DNA of 64,000 nt, taken from NCBI GenBank assembly GCA_013289165.1, contig JABDAL010000004.1:6935-70934 (forward strand). Reading direction: 5' to 3'. A program made the position numbers and the translations under genes. Below are positions 57,472 to 64,000 of this stretch, one piece after another. Every line of letters begins with the position of its first letter. The first letter of the stretch is position 1. The stretch comes from Bacteroidota bacterium (GTDB lineage Bacteria > Bacteroidota > Bacteroidia > JABEUT01). The notes beneath the pieces are model-generated. The model had not been told where the DNA came from. It did not search any database and worked only from the letters and a program-made list of their open reading frames with translations.

Positions 57472-59274
57472 TTAGGTCAATTCAAATTGGAGCTTGCTTA
57501 AACTCCGGTATAAGCCATCCGGTAATTGCATCAGCTGCTCATGGGTTCCACTTTCTTTTAATGTACCTTTTTCAAGCACCAATATCTTATCCGCTTTGCG
57601 GATAGTAGATAAACGGTGTGCTATTACAAATGATGTTCTGCCTTGCATAAGCTTTTCGAGGGCTTCCTGCACCAAACGTTCCGATTCGGAATCGAGTGAA
57701 CTAGTAGCTTCGTCGAGGATAAGAATAGACGGATTTCGTAATACTGCCCGTGCAATAGCAATACGCTGGCGCTGCCCGCCTGAAAGGGATATTCCCCTCT
57801 CCCCTACTAATGTTTCATAATTCTTGGGAAAGCTCATAATAAAATCATGGGCATTGGCTTTACGCGCGGCTTCAATAATTTCCTCCTCTGTGGCGTTATG
57901 CCTGCCATACAAAATATTTTCCTTAATAGTGCCCCCAAACAATAAGACATCCTGTGGCACGAGTGCCATTTGAGACCTGAGTGCAGAAAGCGGAAAGGTT
58001 TTAATTTCCCTATCGTCAATAGTAATGGAACCGCTGGTAGGATCATAAAAACGTAAAAGCAGTTGCAACAATGTCGTTTTTCCTGCCCCGCTTGGGCCTA
58101 CAATAGCAACAGATTCTCCTTTATCAACGGTAAATGAAACACCTCTCAGCACCTGTAATTCCTTACGGGCTGCATAAGAAAAATGAACGTCATGAAACTT
58201 AACATTACCCGATATCTTGTGCTCTGCCGGAACTGTATTAGAATCCATCAAGGCGATATCTTCGATAGGCTCATCTAAAATATCCAATAATCTCTCCGTA
58301 GCTCCTATGGCTTTTTGTATGCCGGCATACAACTCGGCAATTCCCCCGAAAGAAGCGCCCACAAATACCGAATACAGCACAAAGCTGAACATATCACCAA
58401 AGGTCAATTCACCAGCATGAACCAAAATAACCCCCCTCCATATAACAGCTACAATAGAACCAAAAAGGCAAAAGATGATGAAGGAAATAAAGGCAGCCCT
58501 TGCCTTGCCTCCTTTTACAGCCTGTATAATTATCTTTTGGGTGCTTTCGCGATGCCGATTGCTTTCATACGTTTCATTGGCAAAGGCCTTTACAGTGGCA
58601 ATCCCCTGCATAGTTTCCTCCACAATAGTATTTGATTCCGCCACCTTATCCTGTGTGGCTTTTGAAAGCTTGCGGATCTTTCTACCAAAAAAAACAGCAA
58701 AAATTACTACTGCCGGCACTATGGCAAGCATTACGAGTGTCAGCTTATAAGAGATGAAAGTCAAAGCAGTAATACCACCTACAATAACTAAAAACTGCCT
58801 CAAAAATTCGGCAAGAGTAGTTGTCAGTGTATCCTGGAGCAGGGAAATATCCGAAGATATACGGCTGGTAAGCTCCCCTATTCGCCGCATGGAAAAGAAG
58901 TTCATATGCATCCGTACCAAGTGGCTATATGTAGCCCGGCGAAGGTCAGCAAGGGTATTTTCAGTTACACTTACAAACAACACTACCCGGAAATAAGAAA
59001 ATACTGATTGTAACGCAAAAAGAATGAGCAAGTATATAGCCCATGTATCAATTTGGTCGACAGATGGGGCTTTGGCTGCATTTAGCATCATCCCTATCAT
59101 CTTTGGGAATGCCAGCGAAGCCACCGAGGTAAGAAACAGGAAAACCAAGCCCGCAACATATTTCCAGCGGTAGGGCTTTAGGTACTTAAATAATCGCAAC
59201 GCTCTTTTAAGTGACTCTTTCGTTATGCGTTTTTTTTTGTCTTCTTCTTTTTTTTCTATCTGCTCGTTTGCCAT
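57472..59274 (-). CDS. ABC transporter, fused permease/ATPase (MsbA/exporter type)
   Basis: 600 aa. Six-TM N-terminal domain, [35 protein letters not shown]. Confidence 0.9.
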   Translation of the reverse strand: MANEQIEKKEEDKKKRITKESLKRALRLFKYLKPYRWKYVAGLVFLFLTSVASLAFPKMIGMMLNAAKAPSVDQIDTWAIYLLILFALQSVFSYFRVVLFVSVTENTLADLRRATYSHLVRMHMNFFSMRRIGELTSRISSDISLLQDTLTTTLAEFLRQFLVIVGGITALTFISYKLTLVMLAIVPAVVIFAVFFGRKIRKLSKATQDKVAESNTIVEETMQGIATVKAFANETYESNRHRESTQKIIIQAVKGGKARAAFISFIIFCLFGSIVAVIWRGVILVHAGELTFGDMFSFVLYSVFVGASFGGIAELYAGIQKAIGATERLLDILDEPIEDIALMDSNTVPAEHKISGNVKFHDVHFSYAARKELQVLRGVSFTVDKGESVAIVGPSGAGKTTLLQLLLRFYDPTSGSITIDDREIKTFPLSALRSQMALVPQDVLLFGGTIKENILYGRHNATEEEIIEAARKANAHDFIMSFPKNYETLVGERGISLSGGQRQRIAIARAVLRNPSILILDEATSSLDSESERLVQEALEKLMQGRTSFVIAHRLSTIRKADKILVLEKGTLKESGTHEQLMQLPDGLYRSLSKLQFELT

Positions 59275-59302
59275 ATTATATGCTATGATGCTTAAGGGGG
59301 CA

Positions 59303-59310
59303 CAAAGGTA
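59303..59310 (-). promoter_or_regulatory. candidate -7 promoter box (TACCTTTG) for the ABC exporter gene
   Basis: TAnnTTTG match on the minus strand, 28 nt upstream of the ATG at 59274. Confidence 0.4.
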
Positions 59311-59422
59311 GGATAAAGAGGGTATTTATGAGTACTCCTGCTGAACTTGTTTCAGCATCTAAATATCTCAACAAAATCAATATATGTTCATCAATTTTTA
59401 ATTCACATATCAAAAAAGAAAT

Positions 59423-59430
59423 TATCTTTG
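59423..59430 (+). promoter_or_regulatory. candidate -7 promoter box (TATCTTTG) for rpmH
   Basis: TAnnTTTG match 20 nt upstream of the ATG at 59451. Confidence 0.5.
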
Positions 59431-59450
59431 CGCCTCATTTTTGACAAGTC

Positions 59451-59609
59451 ATGAAAAGAACATACCAGCCCTCTACCCGTAAAAGACGCAATAAACACGG
59501 TTTCCGCGAAAGAATGTCTACTGCCAATGGCAGAAGGGTGCTTTCAGCACGCAGAAGGAGAGGCAGAAAGAAGCTCACCGTTTCCGACGAAAAACTGCAC
59601 AAAAGATAA
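59451..59609 (+). CDS. rpmH: 50S ribosomal protein L34 (absent from the ORF track, below its size cut-off)
   Basis: Hand-translated: [52 protein letters not shown]. Confidence 0.92.
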   Translation: MKRTYQPSTRKRRNKHGFRERMSTANGRRVLSARRRRGRKKLTVSDEKLHKR

Positions 59610-59672
59610 TGAATTGCAGAGCGCTGTTGAAAAAATCTGCTCTAAATCATTCATTTTTACATAGAGATTACT

Positions 59673-59680
59673 TAGTTTTG
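59673..59680 (+). promoter_or_regulatory. candidate -7 promoter box (TAGTTTTG)
   Basis: TAnnTTTG match 15 nt upstream of the ATG at 59696. Confidence 0.4.
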
Positions 59681-59695
59681 CTACTATCATCATAG

Positions 59696-60790
59696 ATGGC
59701 TACCATGGTTTTCACGCACAAGCGTCGTTGGCTTTTTTTTGTTTTTTGGGGACTATTTCCCCTGTTTTGTTATTGCCAGCCGACTCTAGTAATTAATCCG
59801 GGTAACAACCAAATTGTGTGTAATGTAAAGGATAGCATAACCCTTGGCGGTACCCCAACTGCTTCGGGTGGCGTTTTTCCTTACAATTATTTATGGACAC
59901 CCACCATTGGAATGAATGATAACCACCTTTCAAATCCGCGCATAAAAGCCACGAATCCCCTTCAACAATACTATCTTCGTGTTATCGATTCTAATACCCC
60001 AAAAGACACTGCAACTGACTCTGTAGTAATATACATAGATTCGGCAAACTATGCGAGCGCCGGCGTAGGTGGAAAAGTCTGTAAAGGTAAACCTGTTACT
60101 TTAGGTTCACCTACTAATCCGGTCATTTCGTATGGATATAGATGGATACCCGACAGTGCCTTAAGTTGCGATAGTTGCCCTGCTCCTATTACCGTCCCCC
60201 AAGATACGGTTACTTACAAAATGATTGTTATGGATTCTGCAAACGGATGTAAAGATACGTTTGCCGTAAAACTTGATGCATATCTTCCGGAAACCTCGGT
60301 TATTTCACCTGTAAATTTGAAAGAGGGAAAAAGTACAAACTTAGAAATAACCGGGGAGAATTTGACCTATCAATGGTATTCTTTTCGTGACACTATCATA
60401 TTCAATCCCACCAGTGCTACTCCTGAAGTAGAGCCATCAGTAACAACAATGTTCTATGTACTGGCTACTGATAAAAGCGGCTGTCCTGTAACTGACTCCG
60501 TGCAAGTAATTGTAGAGTCTGACAGTGACCTTGTGTTTTACAATACATTTACCCCGAACCTTGACGGCATCAATGATACCTGGTACATTGGTAATATCAA
60601 CTTGTTTCCCAATAACCATTTATATATTTTTAACCGGTATGGAAAAATAGTCTATAATGTTCATGGCTATGACAATCTATGGGATGGCAAATCTGGTGGC
60701 GAGGACCTGCCTGCTGCTACCTACTACTATATATTAGAATCGGGCACAGGAAAAAAATATAAAGGGGCCGTCACAATTATTCGAGAATGA
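59696..60790 (+). CDS. secreted protein with Ig-like modules and a T9SS type B C-terminal sorting domain
   Basis: 364 aa. C-terminus VFYNTFTPNLDGINDTWYI...FNRYGKIVY...WDGK...ATYYYIL..GAVTIIRE. Confidence 0.8.
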   Translation: MATMVFTHKRRWLFFVFWGLFPLFCYCQPTLVINPGNNQIVCNVKDSITLGGTPTASGGVFPYNYLWTPTIGMNDNHLSNPRIKATNPLQQYYLRVIDSNTPKDTATDSVVIYIDSANYASAGVGGKVCKGKPVTLGSPTNPVISYGYRWIPDSALSCDSCPAPITVPQDTVTYKMIVMDSANGCKDTFAVKLDAYLPETSVISPVNLKEGKSTNLEITGENLTYQWYSFRDTIIFNPTSATPEVEPSVTTMFYVLATDKSGCPVTDSVQVIVESDSDLVFYNTFTPNLDGINDTWYIGNINLFPNNHLYIFNRYGKIVYNVHGYDNLWDGKSGGEDLPAATYYYILESGTGKKYKGAVTIIRE

Positions 60791-61752
60791 ACAGAAGAAA
60801 AAGTTACTTTCTTGCCTTTTTTACATTTCTTGGTACAATTGCAGATGCCCAGCAACTGCCTATTTTTACCCAATTTACTGCCAACGAACTGCTATTTAAC
60901 CCTGCTTTTGCCGGTACAAAACGATATCTTGATTTTCGGCTGACCTATAGAGACCAATGGTCGGGATTCCCAGATGCCCCGGTAACAGAAGCTTTTAGTG
61001 TAAATTATTCGGGCTTTAAAAACACAGGCATAGCAGCCTACGGGTATGAAGATATTACAGGATTCACCAAAAGAAGTGACTATACACTGTGCTATGCTTA
61101 CCGTATTCACTTTCCTGACATCTCTCTTGCAGTTGGAATTGCCGGTTCCATGGTTAATTACAGTATTGATGAAAGCCAAATTACTACCAACCAAACCCTT
61201 GACCCGGCTATAGACAGAAATTCCAAACCTTCTGTGTGGGCACCTGATGCCAGCGCCGGTGCATATTTATATAATGATCAATGGAGAATTGGCCTCAGCG
61301 TGAATAACCTGATTGCATCAACTGAAAGCTTTTATAAGAAATATGGATTTCCCGGCGATACCTCATCGGCCGGTGCATTAAAGTTGCTTGCCCACGTAAA
61401 TGGCTATCTCAGTTATATATACCTAAGCGCAAACGAGAACTTTATCTGGCAAAACAGCTTATTGGTCAATTATGTACAAGGAGCACCTGTTTACATTGCT
61501 TACGATTTGAGGTGCTATATTAAAAACTTAATTATTGCAGGATTTTCTATCAGTTTGAGGAATGATGTATCTATCGAAGCAGGTGTAGAATACCATAACA
61601 ATCTCCAGATTTGCTATTCTTATGATTATGTAGTGTCTCTGTTAAGCCCCGCAAGTTCAAATGAAATAACCCTGATTTATACTTTCGACAAGCCCGGTTC
61701 AAAAGATATGAACAATGTATTTAAGAGAAGAAAATATGGTTACATCTTTTAA
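60787..61752 (+). CDS. PorP/SprF-family type IX secretion system membrane protein
   Basis: 321 aa. AQQLPIFTQFTANELLFNPAFAG..., beta-barrel pattern. ATGA overlap with the upstream cargo gene. Confidence 0.85.
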   Translation: MNRRKSYFLAFFTFLGTIADAQQLPIFTQFTANELLFNPAFAGTKRYLDFRLTYRDQWSGFPDAPVTEAFSVNYSGFKNTGIAAYGYEDITGFTKRSDYTLCYAYRIHFPDISLAVGIAGSMVNYSIDESQITTNQTLDPAIDRNSKPSVWAPDASAGAYLYNDQWRIGLSVNNLIASTESFYKKYGFPGDTSSAGALKLLAHVNGYLSYIYLSANENFIWQNSLLVNYVQGAPVYIAYDLRCYIKNLIIAGFSISLRNDVSIEAGVEYHNNLQICYSYDYVVSLLSPASSNEITLIYTFDKPGSKDMNNVFKRRKYGYIF

Positions 61753-61770
61753 TGTAGTTTCCCTTTTTCG

Positions 61771-61778
61771 TAACTTTG
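61771..61778 (+). promoter_or_regulatory. candidate -7 promoter box (TAACTTTG) for trxA
   Basis: TAnnTTTG match 19 nt upstream of the ATG at 61798. Confidence 0.45.
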
Positions 61779-61797
61779 CACTTTAATATTTTATTTT

Positions 61798-62115
61798 ATG
61801 GCTATTGAAATAACTGACGCAAATTTTAAGGACTTGGTTCTTAATTCTGATAAACCTGTAATGCTTGATTTTTGGGCTGAATGGTGCGGCCCCTGCCGTT
61901 TAGTAGGCCCATTTGTAGAAGAGATAGCAAAAGAATATGAAGGCCAGGCTGTGGTAGGTAAAGTGGATGTAGATAACAATCCTGCGGTTTCCATGGAGTT
62001 TGGTATTCGGAATATACCCACTATACTTTTCTTTAAAGGTGGAAAAATTGTAGATAAACAAGTAGGAGCAGTACCTAAATCGGTACTGGAAGGCAAATTA
62101 AAAGGCCAGCTCTAA
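61798..62115 (+). CDS. trxA: thioredoxin
   Basis: 105 aa. WAEWCGPCR active site. Confidence 0.92.
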   Translation: MAIEITDANFKDLVLNSDKPVMLDFWAEWCGPCRLVGPFVEEIAKEYEGQAVVGKVDVDNNPAVSMEFGIRNIPTILFFKGGKIVDKQVGAVPKSVLEGKLKGQL

Positions 62116-62117
62116 CT

Positions 62118-62184
62118 AATTATGAATTATGAGTTATGAATTATAAGCTATCCATGCGACATTCATCATTCATAATTAATAATT
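62118..62184 (+). terminator. AT-rich 24 bp imperfect inverted repeat after trxA (probable terminator hairpin)
   Basis: AATTATGAATTATGAGTTATGAAT (62118-62141) pairs at 21/24 positions with 62161-62184, with a 19 nt loop. Built from TTATGAAT-like units. Confidence 0.45.
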
Positions 62185-62202
62185 AATCATTCATAATTTT
62201 AA

Positions 62203-63123
62203 ATGCCTGTTGAGTTAAAACCGGAAGACTTAAAAGAGCTTTCCCATCTTGAGTTGTTGGCAAAACAAGTGGTGGAAGGCTTTATCACCGGGTTGCATAA
62301 AAGCCCATTTCATGGTTTTTCTGTAGAGTTTGCCGAACACCGCATTTATAATCCCGGTGAATCTACCCGCCATATTGATTGGAAATTATATGGCAAAACA
62401 GACCGCCTTTATGTGAAAAAACATGAAGAAGAAACCAATCTTCGCTGCCAGATTGTAATAGATGATTCTTCTTCCATGTATTTTCCTGAAACCGGGTTAA
62501 ATAAAATCACCTTTTCCATACAGTGTGCTGCTGCACTTATTGAGTTACTCCGAAGACAACGGGATGCTGTAGGATTAACGGTATTTTCAAACTCTATTGA
62601 AACCCATACACCTGCAAAGTCTACTTCCATTCACCAAAAGTTACTCTATTCAGAATTAGAGAAATTATTGATAAAATACAAACAGGAGTCCCGTAAAACC
62701 ACTTCCACAGTGGAGGCCCTTCACCATGTAGCAGAAAACATTCATAAACGCTCCCTGGTAATTATTTTTAGCGATATGTTTGATTCGGGTCTGGGAAGAG
62801 AGGAACAACTTTTTTCTGCCTTGCAGCATTTGCGGCACAACAGGCACGAGGTTATACTATTCCACGTGACTGATAAAGATAAGGAAGAAGAATTTCAGTT
62901 TGACAACAGACCATATCGTTTTATAGATATGGAAAGCGGGGAAGAAGTAAAGCTCCACCCATCTGAAGTCCGCAACTCTTATATATCCTCCATGAACAGC
63001 TACCGAAAAGAGATCCTGCTCCGATGCAGGCAGTATAGAATAGACTTTATTGAAGCGGATATAAAAAATGGTTTTCGCCAGGTATTAATGCCCTACCTCG
63101 TGAAAAGGGTACGTATGCAATAA
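62203..63123 (+). CDS. DUF58 (vWA-like) domain protein
   Basis: 306 aa. SPFHGFSVEFAEHRIYNPGESTRHIDWK..., IVIDDSSSM. Confidence 0.8.
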   Translation: MPVELKPEDLKELSHLELLAKQVVEGFITGLHKSPFHGFSVEFAEHRIYNPGESTRHIDWKLYGKTDRLYVKKHEEETNLRCQIVIDDSSSMYFPETGLNKITFSIQCAAALIELLRRQRDAVGLTVFSNSIETHTPAKSTSIHQKLLYSELEKLLIKYKQESRKTTSTVEALHHVAENIHKRSLVIIFSDMFDSGLGREEQLFSALQHLRHNRHEVILFHVTDKDKEEEFQFDNRPYRFIDMESGEEVKLHPSEVRNSYISSMNSYRKEILLRCRQYRIDFIEADIKNGFRQVLMPYLVKRVRMQ

Positions 63124-63177
63124 CCCTCTTGTATCCTATGTTAACAACCATTAACATTTTTGGTTTATAGTTATTCT

Positions 63178-63185
63178 TATGTTTG
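63178..63185 (+). promoter_or_regulatory. candidate -7 promoter box (TATGTTTG)
   Basis: TAnnTTTG match 16 nt upstream of the ATG at 63202. Confidence 0.4.
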
Positions 63186-63201
63186 CACAAAATAAAATTG
63201 T

Positions 63202-64000
63202 ATGAATAAATATTTACGCCCCCTTTTCTGCTTGTCAATAGCGGGATTTTTGTCTTTTTCGTTGTTTGCCCAAATGACGCGCAAAACTCCTCCCAAAAAT
63301 TGGCAGAATGAAAGTATTGAACAAGATAGTGTGTATGGAACCGGGTCTGATAAGGCACTTGAATTATTAAAAGATCATTCTTACACTCCCATTGTTGTAG
63401 CAGTGATTGACGGTGGAACCTATATCAACCATCCGGCATTAAAAGAAAACCTATGGACAAACCCCAAGGAAATACCCAACAATAAAATAGATGATGATAA
63501 AAATGGATATGTGGATGATGTACATGGTTGGGATTTTATTGGAGGGAAAGACAGCGACATAAAACAGGAAAACCTTGAATTAACACGCCTTTATAGGGAC
63601 TATAGTAAGAAATATATAAATACTACTCCCGATAAAGTATCGAAGCATGATAAAAAGGATTATGAGCGCTACCTGAAAATTAAAAAGACTTTCGAAACTG
63701 CCCTCGATGGATACAAAAAGCAATACGCTAACCTGAAAGGGTTTGTAGATAGTGTGAATATGATTAAAGTCGCATTAGGGAAAAAAGACCTCACACCTAC
63801 AGATATGGATAACTATCACCCCACCGATACAGGAATGGCAAAAGTGCAGCGAAGGCTTCAACGGAACTTCGCACGGTTTCAGCCATTTTTTAAGGGTATA
63901 ACAGCAGACAGTATTATCGTCCAGTTTATTAATAAAGCACTTGATTCCTATAGCGCTTTTGTAAAGTACCAGTATAATGTTGATTTCAATCCCCGCTATA
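63202..64000 (+). CDS. S8-family (subtilisin-like) serine peptidase, N-terminal part; 3' end lies outside the window (absent from the ORF track)
   Basis: Hand-translated open frame running to the window edge. Signal peptide MNKYLRPLFCLSIAGFLSFSLFAQ, catalytic-Asp region VAVIDGG..INHPAL, and NGYVDDVHGWDF. Confidence 0.7.
   Translation, partial: MNKYLRPLFCLSIAGFLSFSLFAQMTRKTPPKNWQNESIEQDSVYGTGSDKALELLKDHSYTPIVVAVIDGGTYINHPALKENLWTNPKEIPNNKIDDDKNGYVDDVHGWDFIGGKDSDIKQENLELTRLYRDYSKKYINTTPDKVSKHDKKDYERYLKIKKTFETALDGYKKQYANLKGFVDSVNMIKVALGKKDLTPTDMDNYHPTDTGMAKVQRRLQRNFARFQPFFKGITADSIIVQFINKALDSYSAFVKYQYNVDFNPRY

Noticed and set aside
59610-59695. Terminator after rpmH (GCAGAGC...GCTCT / TCTGC segments)
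   Set aside because: Only short stems of 5 bp or less with alternative pairings and a long A-rich loop. This is not convincing enough to annotate.
63047-63358. 103-aa minus-strand ORF across the DUF58 / S8-peptidase intergenic region
   Set aside because: It is antisense to the DUF58 3' end, to the TATGTTTG promoter box and to the signal-peptide-encoding start of the S8 peptidase gene, whose plus-strand frame stays open to the window edge.

Overview
This window is a 64 kb chromosomal segment from a Bacteroidota genome; I cannot resolve the order from sequence alone. The phylum call rests on four things: T9SS cargo proteins with type A and type B C-terminal sorting domains, a PorP/SprF gene, many TAnnTTTG -7 promoter boxes 15-50 nt upstream of start codons, and an S16 protein with a long C-terminal extension. 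Most of the window is ordinary core genome. It includes tRNA-Arg(CCG), lptB, rfbA/rfbB, a WbpA/B/D-like UDP-sugar operon, hbd, osmC, der-era, carA, chrA, phoH, purC, rpsP, guaB, paaCD, comA-like, rpmH, trxA and a DUF58 gene. Five large secreted adhesin-like T9SS substrates are interspersed among these. The region most worth a second look is an AT-rich stretch at about 22.0-27.4 kb. It has no integrase and no homologue I recognise apart from one small-molecule-type SAM methyltransferase. It contains a 600 bp gene-free stretch with an array of CGTGACAT motifs. It also holds three small proteins, one of them split, that pair a winged-helix-like N-terminus with a C-terminal membrane anchor. It carries a ~120 nt rod-like hairpin whose G-U wobbles point to a plus-sense RNA. 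Finally, it has a perfect 25 bp inverted repeat with nested hairpins inside a 547 bp non-coding segment bracketed by 19 bp direct repeats. I cannot name a system for this island, and any function I suggest is inference. Secondary points of interest are an SGNH hydrolase / carbamoyltransferase / SxtK-like / SxtJ-like operon, a two-CXXCH lipoprotein coupled to a beta-barrel gene, a doubly frameshifted GNAT gene, orphan paaCD, and an incomplete Wbp pathway. I found no rRNA, CRISPR array or recognisable transposase.
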